Origin: Eledone cirrhosa
Taxonomy: Eukaryota
Assembly (NCBI GenBank): GCA_964016885.1
Contig: OZ024744.1
Span: 43,958,001 to 44,022,000, forward strand
Direction of reading: 5' to 3'
Length of the DNA stretch: 64,000 nt
Positions 13,382-25,707 of this stretch are shown here, piece by piece. The notes below the pieces were generated by a model, which was given only the letters and a program-made list of their open reading frames with translations, was not told the DNA's origin and did no database searches. Made by a program: the position numbers and the translations under genes. Positions within the stretch are counted from its first letter, which is position 1, and each line of letters starts with the position of its first letter.

Positions 13382-14553
13382 GGTGGTCAAACATAACAGT
13401 ATAGAATTAAATAAAGTTAAGAAAAGTATAATAGAATTCTTTAAAACATACGACCTTAAATTAGAAGTAGAAAATGGTACCAAAATAGTTAATTTCCTTG
13501 ACGTTACCTTTAACTGAAACACTGGCTTCTATTACCCTTTTCATAAGCCTAATGAAAACTTAAATTCTGTTAGTAACTATTCAAATCACCCTAGATCTGT
13601 AAAAAAAAGATATAGTAAATAGTGTGCAAAAACGTATTAATAAAATATCAGCTAATAAAGATATATTTGATAAAAATGCTGAATACTACAACAACGCGTT
13701 AAAAAGAGCTGGATATATGAATAATATAGAATATGTAGATAATAACAATCCCCAGTATTATTCCTAATAATAATAAACTCAAACACACATACGCTAAATA
13801 AATCGAGAATACGAACTAGATCCAAACCAGTCATATGGTTCGCACCCCCTACTTCGGTCGCAGTTAAAACACCAATTGCATAACTATTATTTAAAGCTCT
13901 TGACACCTCTTTCCCTACTCAACATAAATTCCATTCCATTGTTAATAGACATACCATTAAATTCGCAAATTCTACAACCAGTAACATGGCCCAAAACATC
14001 GCCAAATTAAACGCCAAAATCCTAAAACCAAACCAACATAATGATCATAATAATAGAGTTAACATTAATGATACTAAACCAAAATGTAATTGTAGAAATA
14101 AAAATAATTGCCCTTTGCAAAATAATTTGGTTTATAAATGCACCATAAAAACTGACCATAAAACATACAATTACATTGGATCAACCTCGTCCACATTCAA
14201 ACTTCATTTCGCGAACCATAAATGCTCATTCTCGAACTCTAAGAAGAAATCATCCACGTCTTTATCACAGCTCATATGGTCTTTAAATAGAGAAGAATCT
14301 AGAATACTCCATTCTTTGGACAAAACTTCGGAACTGTGGAATTTACCGCAACTCTAGTATATCAAATAACTGCCCGCTCTGTACAATGGAGACCCTGTTG
14401 ATTATTAATAATTATGAGACCCTAATTAACAAAAAAAATGAATTATTCTCTAATTGCCTCCATAAAGCTACGTCCACTTTTTTAGCCTCACATAAAACGA
14501 GAAAGAAAGAACCAATAACAACTCGGTTACCAGAAATATATAATCAACAGTAA
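13382..14553 (+). mobile_element. 5'-truncated, decayed Penelope-like retroelement (RT C-terminal part + GIY-YIG endonuclease), CxC-linker type (possibly Hydra clade)
   Basis: Reads VVKHNSIELNKVKKSIIEFFKTYDLKLEVENGTKIVNFLDVTFN* ... YYPFHKPN ... SNHP ... WFAPP ... CNCRNKNNCPLQNNLVYKCTIK ... YIGSTSSTFKLHFANHKCSF, with stops and frameshifts. Confidence 0.88.
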
Positions 14554-15006
14554 AAATCATCAATGGCCTTTAATATTGCTTTATTTTATAACTATCTATA
14601 GAAAAAACAACGTTAGAATGAATGACAATATTTCAATTAGCATGCCTAAACATTGATACACACAACATTATTTGTTAACTTTAATCAACACCATCATTTC
14701 TTTAAGTCATTATTTCTATCTATAATTTAGTACAATACCTAATCCTTACATATTTATGGAATTTATTTAACTGTGAATTTTTAATACATTTGTGATCTCT
14801 TTTAAATTTTAGTTTAATACCCAATCCAAATATTTTTATGAAACTTATCTATAACTCCAAATTTTTAATGAGTTTTTTATCTATTATTTATAATATAATA
14901 TAGCATATATTTCTTTTAAATATACTTACTGCACTATGAAATCTAAATTTTGAGACGGATTCAAACTTATATATAAATGTGAATTTTTCGCTGTACTTTG
15001 GATCTC

Positions 15007-15037
<31 letters not shown>

Positions 15038-15260
15038 TGATATAATGTATTATAATATATATGTAATTATATATTGTATTTTATATATTTTTAAATATTT
15101 TTAAATATAGCTACCACATTTCTATATATATGATTCAAATATAGAGAAAATATCCAAACTAAAAATTATTATAGACATTATTTTGAACTCTATATTATAC
15201 ATGCACTCATTGTTTGTTTTACTTATATGTATATATATATATGCAAAAGTTCTATTTAAA

Positions 15261-15512
15261 ATTGTTGGGATACAACAAGTAAATATTTTATAACTGATAT
15301 AAAGCACTCGACGAGTTTTTGGAGTAGATATACGATATTAATAAATGGAAACTATATTTATAAAACCATATTTATTTCATTATACATATTTCAGGGATAC
15401 CAAATTAAAATATGGTATGCCTTCATCAGACAAAATACAATATATAAACAGTTTTATAAATAATTTTGACGTACCCTATTAAATGCAACCATTATTTTTG
15501 GAAGCTGCCTGG
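15261..15512 (-). repeat. PLE pseudo-LTR-like repeat, copy A (diverged direct copy ~16071-16320; partial inverted copy ~15878-15970)
   Basis: Shared blocks tataactgatataaagcactc, aaatggaaactatatttataaaaccatatttatttcattatacatatttc and aatgcaaccatt occur in both direct copies. Carries a hammerhead motif. Confidence 0.75.
15373..15437 (-). ncRNA. Type I hammerhead ribozyme motif, core intact
   Basis: Minus: UAUUUUGU CUGAUGA AGG C AUACCA ... UGGUAU C CCU GAAA UAUGUA UA AUGAAAUA. Stems I and II pair; stem III is quasi-palindromic. Confidence 0.75.
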
Positions 15513-16070
15513 ATAGTGAAATGTTTATTGTTTTATTAGTTATAGTGTTAAGCACAATTAGAAAAAGACGGAGAGAAAGAAAGAAAAGACGGAGAGAGAG
15601 AAGGAGAGAGAAAGAAGGAGAGAGAGAAAAAGAAAACCTGGAGAAATATCGGAGAGAGAGAGAAATGTATGTAGAAAAGAAAGAGATAAATAGATAGGAG
15701 GAAATAAAAAGAAAGAAAAAAGGAAGAAATAAGAAAAACAAAAGAAAGCAACAGAGAGATAATAAGTCATCATACAGATAGAAAAACTCAAGAGAGAGAA
15801 AATACTATATAGAGAGAGGGGAGATATATGCATAATTACATACAGAGTGATTTAATGTTTATTTTCATTGATTATTTGCTCCAGGAACTTGTTGAGTGCT
15901 CTATATCAGCTATAAACATTTATACCTTAATCTATTTATTTATTTATTCATTATTTGTCGTATTCCCAACTATTTGTTTACCCCTTTCACCTTTTTATTT
16001 TTATATATATGTATAACATTTAGGCATTTGCTTGTATATATATATATATATATGTAGAGGTTATATTTAA

Positions 16071-16320
16071 TTTGTGGGGATACACGCAAAATATTTTTAT
16101 AACTGATATAAAGCACTCAACAAATTATTGGAGTAAATATATTAACAAATGGAAACTATATTTATAAAACCATATTTATTTCATTATACATATTTCAAGG
16201 GCCACCAAGGTAAACTATGGTGCGCTTTCATTAGATAAAATATAATATAGGTTAGTTTTATAAATAAATATTGACATACCCTTAAAAAATGCAACCATTC
16301 TGGTTGGAATCTCCTGGAGA
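16071..16320 (-). repeat. PLE pseudo-LTR-like repeat, copy B, with a decayed hammerhead (CUAAUGA) at ~16177-16242
   Basis: Direct repeat of 15261-15512; the core G is changed to A. Confidence 0.65.
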
Positions 16321-16475
16321 GTCCAGGTGATGTGTGTGTGCGCGCGTGTCTGTGGGTGTGTATGTGTGTTTATCTACTTTTATTCTTTTTCCTTTCCTTC
16401 TTCCTTTTCCAGCCTCACTTTCATATAGATTATATTTTTGTTTTTAAAATCCAGTCAATAAATACACCAGGATTT

Positions 16476-16536
16476 TTTCATTCTGATGATTGAAAGCAAA
16501 TTTTGTTTGCTTTCAAGAAACCACTGGTAAATGAAA
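16476..16536 (+). ncRNA. Type I hammerhead ribozyme motif, core intact
   Basis: UUUCAUU CUGAUGA UUGAAAGCAAA uuuug UUUGCUUUCAA GAAA CCA c UGG UA AAUGAAA: 7-bp stem I, 11-bp perfect stem II, minimal stem III, GUA triplet. Confidence 0.82.
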
Positions 16537-16626
16537 TAATTATCTTATATTGTTTATTACATAACTATTAAGCTCTGTAACCTACATTGAGCACTCTTTT
16601 TTCCTGGACCTTTCCGTCGAAATTAC

Positions 16627-16755
<129 letters not shown>

Positions 16756-17037
16756 GCTAATTTTAGGTTTAATCAATACTTATAAGATATACTTCAATAG
16801 TGTTTCTCAGTACAAAGTTCAATAAACTTCTGTTCAGAACATCTATAATATAAATATAAACGATAACAGGATATATTAATAGAGTAACAAGTTAATATTT
16901 TGTACATATATACAGAAATATAAGATGTAACTTTAAATACATATTCCTAGATCTTATATATTATTTCTTCTGTATACATGAACAAAATATTGGGTTGTTT
17001 CTCAATTAATATATGGTGTTATTTATCGTTTATACTA

Positions 17038-17113
<76 letters not shown>

Positions 17114-17315
17114 GAGACGGTTTAAATACGTACATCTTCAACATATGTATTATATAATAAAATGAATTTGTTCAAATTAAGCCCCTCACTTATTATCTCG
17201 AAACTCCAATTGATACCTTACCGAGAAAATCATAAGGAATACAAATCGTTGAGTGCTTTATGTCTGTTTACGAAAATGTCAGTTGATTATTTGATCAACT
17301 GACTTTCAGCAACTG

Positions 17316-17384
<69 letters not shown>

Positions 17385-17593
17385 ATACAGAAATGGCTTC
17401 TAGATGACTAGAACTGTTTCATTCGAAGGAAATGTTTGTAGTGCTGTAGAAGCCATGTCTATATTAAATATATATACTCTGCTATGTATTGAGTACCTTA
17501 CTTACTGTAGTTACCCCAGATTGAAACCGGGACACACGCACACACACAAACACATACACATGCACACACACGCACGCACGCACACACACACAC

Positions 17594-17694
<101 letters not shown>

Positions 17695-17740
17695 AAGTGT
17701 AAATCAACAGGGTAAAATTAGTTCCGTTTATTCACATTTG

Positions 17741-17797
17741 CTGCTATATATATTTCAGTGATAGACATTATTCAACAGCTATGACCTCATCAGGCAG
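17741..17797 (-). ncRNA. Type I hammerhead ribozyme motif (intronic, antisense to the protease gene; mirror of 39532-39588)
   Basis: Minus: CUGC CUGAUGA GGU C AUAGCUGUU gaau AAUGUCUAU C ACU GAAA UAUAUA UA GCAG. Confidence 0.75.
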
Positions 17798-18119
17798 TAA
17801 GAATTTAAGATGCGCCCAGATCCTGGGTGTGTTGTTAGTCATCTAAGGAACTGGAAGCATATTATTAAGAATGAACGAATTTCAGCATCCAAAGGATATG
17901 CCCGCCACCTCATTTGTCAGATATCATACCCCAGCCCCGCCAGCAGCCGAAAGTCTACTGAAATTCTTCAGAAAGAGGTCAAATTAAAAGTGGTTAAGAC
18001 GATGTTACTTTTCCATAATTGCTTTATTGCTTGATATATATTTCTGTTACCATGGTTATTGATGTGTGTCTGTGTGTATCTATATAAAGATTACATGTAA
18101 GAAACTATTCTTATTCCAG

Positions 18120-18265
18120 GGCAACAAAGTTCTCCAAATGATCTACAGAAAGTTGAACTTCAGGCAATCCCCTTTAAAACGTGTGTCAAACAATCTAATA
18201 TGACTATTGCGGAAGGTGTCTTTTGTGCAGGTGACTTTATATTTGGAGGAGCCAGTACCTGCCAG
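18120..18265 (+). CDS. S1 (chymotrypsin/trypsin-family) serine protease, copy 1, penultimate exon
   Basis: ttattccag acceptor and CAG|gtaat donor. 146 nt encoding (W)QQSSPNDLQKVELQAIPFKTCVKQSNMTIAEGVFCAGDFIFGGASTCQ, phase-compatible with the neighbouring exons. Confidence 0.93.
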
Positions 18266-18379
18266 GTAATGATATACTTATACACTCCACATACAAACAC
18301 ACACATGCAGGCATATACGACAACTCACTCGATGGATCAATGCAATACATAGACCCTGGCATTCCAATTTCAAATTAGC

Positions 18380-18745
18380 CCTTAAACTTCTGTAATGCAC
18401 CTCTCTGTAGTGTGTACCTTACATGGCTATATAGAGGTCTTTAAGGGTCTGTAATGAACCCTTCTGTGGTATGTGCCTTAGATAGCTATATAAAAGGACT
18501 TTAATGGGCCTGTAATGAACCCTTCTGAGGTCTGTGCCTTAGATGGCTATATAGTTGGACTTTAAGGGTTTGTAATGGACCCTTCTCAGGTCTGTACCCT
18601 AAATGGTTACTCTTTGGGACTTTAAGGGTCTGTAATAAGTTCCTATTGGGCTTTCCCCTAAATGGTTACCTTTCGGAGCTTTTAGGATCTGTAATGAGCC
18701 ACTTTTAGGTCTGTGCCCTAAATAGCTGCCTAGTTGGACTTTAAT
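18380..18745. repeat. Intronic ~60-bp minisatellite (~6 units)
   Basis: Recurring ggactttaagggtctgtaatg...ccct...ggtctgtgcctta at 60-bp spacing. Confidence 0.85.
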
Positions 18746-18807
18746 TGTAGCGCTGTTCCTGGGTGTACCTATATCTTTTCATTGTTGTTTTTCTTTGATA
18801 ATTCCAG

Positions 18808-18966
18808 GGAGATTCTGGTGGACCTTTGTACTGTCCCAGTAAAATAACTGGACAAAAGGTGTTGGCTGGAGTGACATCTTTCGGTAATAAATGCAACCAT
18901 GAAATCAGTGCCTTTAGTAATGTCGCCTATTTCCGAAGATGGATAGATAATCACCTTGAAACCTGA
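18808..18966 (+). CDS. S1 serine protease, copy 1, last exon with the catalytic Ser motif
   Basis: Polypyrimidine tract + ttccag acceptor; GDSGGPLYCPSKITGQKVLAGVTSFGNKCNHEISAFSNVAYFRRWIDNHLET* (159 nt). Joined to the previous exon it gives STCQGDSGGP. Confidence 0.95.
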   Translation, partial: GDSGGPLYCPSKITGQKVLAGVTSFGNKCNHEISAFSNVAYFRRWIDNHLET

Positions 18967-19002
18967 CATATGGTATTGTTGAAGTCTTGGGGATTTTATT
19001 AC

Positions 19003-19193
19003 ATAAAATATTGATTAATTGATAATGAAATAAAATATTGATTAATGGATAATGAAATAAAATACTGATTAATGGATAATGAAATAAAATACTGATTAAT
19101 GGATAATGAAATAAAATACTGATTAATGGATAATGAAATAAAATACTGATTAATGGATAATGAAATAAAATACTGATTAATGGATAATGAAAT
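19003..19193 (+). repeat. 27-bp tandem repeat (~7 units) in the protease 3' UTR, containing six AATAAA signals
   Basis: Unit gattaatggataatgaaataaaatact; gaaataaaa at ~19027, 19054, 19081, 19108, 19135, 19162. Confidence 0.9.
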
Positions 19194-19931
19194 GTTGTTG
19201 TCTTTTCTTATTTTCTGCAATTTTAAAGGAAAGGATTTGATAGTTAGGTAATTGTATGGTTATGTAGTACAATTCAACATCGATACCCCAGTGATATGGG
19301 CCCGAGCAGTGTGTGGAAGTGTGGGAGCCCATGTACAGGCCACTTTGTGGTCCTAACAGAGGAGAACAGAGAAAACGTGACCCTGGAGGGTGGTGAAGGA
19401 GGCAACATTAAAAGAACATTCCAACTGGCGGCGAGGTTTATGCATGAGGTTGGGTAACTCAGCCGTGATAGCAGGAAATAGGGAGATGGTCAGGAGATCC
19501 AAGAACACCAGAAGTCTCAACTGCTACAGGTTTGACAACAAACTTATGAGAGAGCAACCGATACTTCCACAAGTTGCGATCCTCGGCTTGTCGGCCAATA
19601 AAATCTGGGACTGCTACCTTGGACTACAACAGGTTACCTCTGGAGAAGGTGCCATTGTACCTAAGTTATGGGGATGTACTGAATCATGTATACAATATAT
19701 TCTGTATAAAGTTCTTTATTAGCCACTAAGGACGAAGCTTATTCTGTATATAATGATATAGTCTGTTAATTATAATACTTTGAAACGAACAAAATGTCCA
19801 CGCTTAACAAAGGTAAAATTATTGTGGGAGGTAGTGGTGGCACTGATGTTTTTATTTACTATTAACATCAAGCGTACTGAGCGAAGAGACAGGCTTCTCG
19901 TATGTATCACCCACACACCTGATATTATATA

Positions 19932-19998
<67 letters not shown>

Positions 19999-21260
19999 GG
20001 AGAAAAAATTTACGAAATGGAAATGCGGGTATATAGAATTTATTAGGTAACAATTGTTTCTATAGTGTATGAGTTACCTATACCTCGCTACTTGAATAAT
20101 ACACAAATATTATCAAAAACCGAAAGTACACTGTAAGCCAACACACCATGTCATCAGACCTTTGTATTAGAATGATATGAAAATATTTTATACACTAGAT
20201 AAAAGATAAAGAAGGAGGTAGGAAGAGAAGGGGAAGAGGGAAGTGAGTAAGGTGGAGGGAGTCTTAGGGTTTAAGACTGTCAGACTAGTAAAGATTGTGA
20301 AGAGAGAATGTTTTGGCAGCAGTTAGCTTAATGAGGCGTGCTAAGGTTGGCTGGGAAGTAGATTCTTCTAGTGGTGTTGTTCGGACAAAATTTAGTTAGA
20401 GGGGTCAAAGTAGTACAGTGTCACAGACAAGTTATTAGGGCTATTATAGTAGCAGGTAATTTCTAAAGGGGTCCAGAAAAACAGTGTTTAGTACTATTAT
20501 TATAGAAAGCCATATCTAGTGTATAAACATATAAGACAGAAATTTGCAAACGTTGGTGTAAAAAGGTAACATTATATGCATTTAAAAAAAGAAAAAGTCG
20601 TTTTCAAACGATTGTTACAATATAGAGAACGTTCAATTTTGCTGTTCAAAAGTTTGTTTAGTATAGGCACCCCCAATAACCATCTTACGCATGGCTGTAA
20701 TTGCAGAAATAGAAGCATTTGCCCCTTAAATGGAAACTGTTTGATTAATAATGTAATATATAAATGCACTGTGTCTACTACAGACTCCAACAAAACATAT
20801 ATAGGATCTACATCAAACACATTTAAGAAAAGATTTTACGCACACTCTAGTAGTTTCAACAATACTAAACTAGCTAACACCACATCTTTAGCTGAAGCGG
20901 TAAATAATTATAAAAAGAAAAAAATAGATTTCAAGTTATCGTGGAACACCATTCTACAAAGAACTCCATATCTTGGAAACAGGAGGGAATGCAGATTATG
21001 TTCAGATGAGATCTTGGAAATTACTAAATCTAAGGACGATTTATTAAATAAAAGATAGGAATTGATCATAGTTTGTAATCACCGTATACGAAAAACATTT
21101 AAATACTATAAACCTAATTAAATACTATAAACCTAATTAAATATTCTAAATAGCAACTCACTATAATTCCATATAGAGTAACATTTATTAGTACCTCTTT
21201 CCCCTAATTATATGCATTCATGCTTATTCTTTGCCTTTTAATGTTTTAGGTTCCTTAGAT
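19999..21260 (+). mobile_element. PLE fragment: GIY-YIG endonuclease region at 20661-21260 (+), preceded by a probable inverted 5' segment at 19999-20660
   Basis: GCNCRNRSICPLNGNCLINNVIYKCTVS...TYIGSTSNTFKKRFYAHSSSF...CRLC...LLNKR*. Identity with the 36.0-36.6 kb copy stops abruptly at ~20661. Confidence 0.85.
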
Positions 21261-21727
21261 TTATGCGTTAATGACTAAAGGCAACAAGGTACACAACCAC
21301 CCGTAATTGCATGAGTAAATATATATCTATGTATGATATGGAAATATATTTATGTGTGTGTATATATATATATATATATATGTGTGTGTATATGTATTTA
21401 CGTATGTGTATATGTGTATATATATATACTTGTATATGTATGTGTACGTGTTTGTATGTATATATATATATATATATATGTACATTATGAAGAGAGAAGA
21501 AACATTTAGATATAATTAGTAATAAAATGTATCATACCTAAACTGTTCCTAAATTCCTCGACTACGTAGTTTCGTGGCATAAACAAAAACAATATATCAA
21601 ATGTATATATATATGTGTGTGTTTGTGTGTGTGTGTATATGTGAGTATATGTGTATGAGTGTTTATATATGAGTATTTGCACATGTATGAGGAGTGTACA
21701 TATACTCACACATGTGTATATATATGT

Positions 21728-21762
<35 letters not shown>

Positions 21763-22749
21763 AATACATATATATATATGTATGTATGAGTGTGTGTGTA
21801 TATATATATGTATATATATGGGTATAGATGTGTATGTGTGGATATAGATATGTATGGATATGTATGTATATGATTATATGCATACGTGTAAATGTGTATT
21901 TAGATTTGCATCTATTTGTACGTATGTATAATTTTGGTTGGATGTCAATATAACTGTACCTCTCTCTATATAGTGTGGGTATATGCACTTTGTAATCTAT
22001 GAAATTTATGTTTTTTAACTATGCCAACATGTATTTATTTGGGTTTGATTATTTATGCATAAACATACTTGATAGTATTTTAGAACGTATCATATGCTAT
22101 ATTATACTAAATGCAATTTACCACACAGTACTATATTGTGTTGGTTAAGTTGTATATTAACGCATTACTGTATTTCATTAACTTATTATAATTTTCATCT
22201 TTTAATATACTATCTTTCCTAGCCATAACCTTAATTTATATTCACCTTAAAACTCAATACAACACTAATCACCAATTATTTTGACGGTCCTTTTAAATTC
22301 ACTATACCAGATACATTCAACTATCAGTTTGACAATCCCTTTCTTCCTAATGGATTTTTATGCCAATTCTACTATTAACACCATTCAACCATTCCTTTCA
22401 AATGGTCATGACCTCAACTAAAGTGTATTACTTTTTATCTTAACACCATATGGAAAAAACGATTTGATTCGTTAGTTCTTCAACGATCTCCAAATAAGGA
22501 CATGATACTAACATACTACTAATTCTGAATAAAATTATTATTGAATAAAATTATTATTGCTTTTGAAAACAACTGGTGATATGCATGTAAGTAAATATTC
22601 TCTTTTTCTGATAGTTTGTAACTAACATTACATAGATCAATAACTGAGTATAGCTACAATGTATTATCATCATCTAGAAACGATCGTAACGCAGTGAAGT
22701 ATAGATGTATATCTCTAATGACTTGATTTTTTATTTCATTGTTTTAAGT

Positions 22750-22811
<62 letters not shown>

Positions 22812-22821
22812 AATATATATA

Positions 22822-22882
<61 letters not shown>

Positions 22883-22884
<2 letters not shown>

Positions 22885-23263
22885 AAGGCGGGTAAAATTC
22901 CCGAGATCCATGGACGAGTTCTCTCCAGCGGTCTCTGTCCCTCATTATCGCTGCCATATCCTGCATCTCCAACAGACCAGTGTCTGTCCTTAGGGCATCA
23001 ACATATGTTAACCTTGGTCTTCCTCTTCTAGTGTGTCCATGTAGGGGCTCCCAAAGGAGCACTGAGTGCAATGTCAACTCTGGATGTCGGTGAGCATGTC
23101 CAGCCAACCTCAGTCTCCTCTGTGTCACTTTTGAGCTGACTTTTGGGATGCTCCCATACAGCTCTGAGTTTTTCATCCTCAGTGTATACTGATTAATGTT
23201 CAGAGCCATCCTCAGCATTCTCGTGTAGCACCCATCCACCATCTGAGTGAGTCTCTTGGTCAT
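22883..23263 (-). mobile_element. 5'-truncated non-LTR retrotransposon 3' end (RTE/RTEX-like ORF2 C-terminus) inside (TA)n
   Basis: DGCYTRMLRMALNI...ELYGSIPKVSSKVTQRRLRLAGHAHRH...LLWEP...RRGRPRLTYVDAL...MRDRDRWR is the typical post-RT C-terminus of RTE-group LINEs. Confidence 0.85.
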
Positions 23264-23709
23264 ATATATATATATGTATATATATATTCCCCCTTCTCTC
23301 TCCTTGTAAGTCTTGCTTTATTTCACCCCCTCGGTTGGCCTCTTCCTCACACTTTCACTCATTCACTCTCTGCTACTCCCCCTCTCTCACTTCCTCCCGT
23401 CTGACCTGTGTGAAATCCTTTTCTCTCTCACTTTTCGGGTGGTTCGGACGTGTCTGCTTCTTCTCGTCGATTGATTTGTTCGGACTTAAGTCCACAAGAT
23501 TCATTGACTTGTCTCTATTTTCCTCTCTTTACGTTGCATTACTACCATGTTGTTTGTTCACTTTCCCCTTCCAATTCGCTCTGTCCCGATAACTTATTTT
23601 AGTTATCGCTCGCACTGATTTTGAGGTATCTGGTCTTTAATGCAAAGAAATACCAATGATAGTCAGCAGACCACTGATGATGGACAGTCTCGTTTCTCGG
23701 TTTATTTTC

Positions 23710-23763
<54 letters not shown>

Positions 23764-23944
23764 TAGAGAGAGATACAGGGCGCTTACACAGTCGGATGAA
23801 CCATGGGTTATTTCATTTCTGTCAACAACTTACTGGCGAAACAGATCTCTTTGGTTTAGTACGTGTGCTATATAGTTATAGAGGTATGTATTTACACTTT
23901 AATTAATATTTTTAATTGTCGTGTGTCTACTCTGCCTTTCAGAG

Positions 23945-24096
23945 GTGGTTTTTCCCTGATTTATTGATAGCGCACTGTATCTATCTCTAGTGTGTTACCT
24001 TTTCAACATATTGTATTTTAAAGAGCTCATGATTTCTTCTCCTTTGAGCACATTATTGACAGGGAACAGCGAGAGTCTATGGCTCCGTTAATTTAT

Positions 24097-24102
<6 letters not shown>
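23945..24102. repeat. Dispersed repeat end abutting (TA)n; diverged inverted copy at ~40238-40398
   Basis: ggtggtttttccctg...gtgttaccttttcaacatattgtattttaaagagctca...ctatggctccgttaatttatcgtgata matches the reverse complement of 40238-40398. Confidence 0.8.
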
Positions 24103-24163
<61 letters not shown>

Positions 24164-24177
24164 TATATTTATATACA

Positions 24178-24445
24178 TATACATGCGTGAGTATACATAG
24201 ATACAAACATAAGCATATTTCGGGTTATTGACTTTATATGACCAGATAGACGAAAGAGTATAAAACAAAATATTAAGGTATAAAAATATACAAAAATATT
24301 AAGACACGCACACACAAGCGCAACTCGTACATAAACTCATTGGTGTACAAAAATACATACTTTTTCGACTGTCTGGTCAGATGTATACATATATTAAGTC
24401 AATAACCCGAAATATGCTTATGTTTGTATCTATATATACTCACGC

Positions 24446-24452
<7 letters not shown>
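24178..24452. mobile_element. Small foldback/MITE-like element (~275 bp, ~80-bp imperfect arms) in (TA)n
   Basis: tacatgcgtgagtatacatagatacaaacataagcatatttcgggttattgactt vs aagtcaataacccgaaatatgcttatgtttgtatctatatatactcacgcatgta. Confidence 0.75.
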
Positions 24453-24509
<57 letters not shown>

Positions 24510-24515
<6 letters not shown>

Positions 24516-25242
24516 CGTAAAATAAGAAAATTATAAAATTAACTTACTTACTAAAATTTCACTCCCAACTAATTAGTTTCTGAAAGGGAATAAATATACT
24601 TTCCGAAGAAAATATATAGAGGCCTTTCGGCGTCAGGGAAGACTATTCTCAGCTAAGTTTCCAGGCAAAGCGTGGACTCTGAGAACTTATACAAAAATAA
24701 TTCAGTGGATAGAAAATAGCAAAGCGTGGACTGAATTCCTAGCCATTGAAAAAATCACTGCCTACTGCGTCGGTGACAAATTCCAAAAGAATCAATCACG
24801 TGACATCGAGGTCAATCAGTGGAAAGTGGTTTGTTAAAAGTGGTTTGTTAAAATTGGTTTGTTAAAAGTGGTTTGTTAAAAGGCTGCTATGGTAGCAGGC
24901 AGGCTGCTGTCTTCTTAACAAACCACTTTCCACTGATTGACCTCGATGTCACGTGATTGATTCTTTTGGAATTTGCCACCGACGCAGTAGGCAGTGATTT
25001 TCTCAATGGCTAGGAATTCAGTCCACGCTTTGCTATTTTCTATCCACTGAATTATTTTTGTATAAGTTCCCAGAGTCCACGCTTTGCCTGGAAACTTAGC
25101 TGAGAATAGACTTCCCTGACGCCGAAAGGCCTCTATATATTTTCTTCGGAAAGTATATTTATTCCCTTTCAGAAACTAATTAGTTGGGACTGAAATTTTA
25201 GTAAGTAAGTTAATTTTATAATTTTCTTATATTACGTCTCTC
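24510..25242. mobile_element. Foldback/MITE-like non-autonomous element, 733 bp, with ~328-bp near-perfect inverted arms
   Basis: Arms 24510-24837 and 24915-25242; termini GAGAGACGTAA...TTACGTCTCTC; ATAT on both flanks; 15-bp unit aagtggtttgttaaa x4 near the centre. Confidence 0.88.
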
Positions 25243-25359
25243 ATATTATTGTTCTGCAACCCCATGCATTGAACCACAAAGTTACTAAGACAAAACCTAT
25301 GTATTTGCTAGCATTGGTATGCATCTGTGTGTATATATATGTTACTAGATATATTAATT

Positions 25360-25403
<44 letters not shown>

Positions 25404-25639
25404 AGGAGGTTATAGTTCACTTGAAGCATTGTGTAATGAGGTATAAACGTTTGAATATGTGTAATAAGGCCAAGACAATGCAGGTATGGACATAGAAAAA
25501 AGAATGCAATAGTGAAAGATATTGATGTGAATTCGTCTTTCACCTTGAATTTATTTAAATGTCCTTAATTTTTGAGATAATATCTCTTCTTCGGAGGGAA
25601 GTAAAGGTCTCAAACCAGCTTCTTTAAATCTCTAGCCAA

Positions 25640-25683
<44 letters not shown>

Positions 25684-25707
25684 TATACATATACATATAT
25701 GAATGTG

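Noticed and set aside
17810-18034. 74-aa ORF (mirror 39295-39519) and the antisense ORFs 18769-18969 and 37936-38136
   Set aside because: Intronic repeat sequence, or the antisense shadow of the real protease exon.
19390-19722. 110-aa ORF identical in both duplication arms (also 37264-37596)
   Set aside because: GTG start and no recognisable motif; the identity is explained by the recent duplication.
20140-20160. Minus-strand CTGATGA near 20151-20157
   Set aside because: No stem II or GAAA follows, so it cannot be folded as a hammerhead.
23674-23850. CTGATGA at 23674 and CGGATGA...GAAA at ~23790-23840
   Set aside because: The first lacks GAAA (truncated); the second has a core mutation and no convincing stem I. 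Possibly relics, not called.
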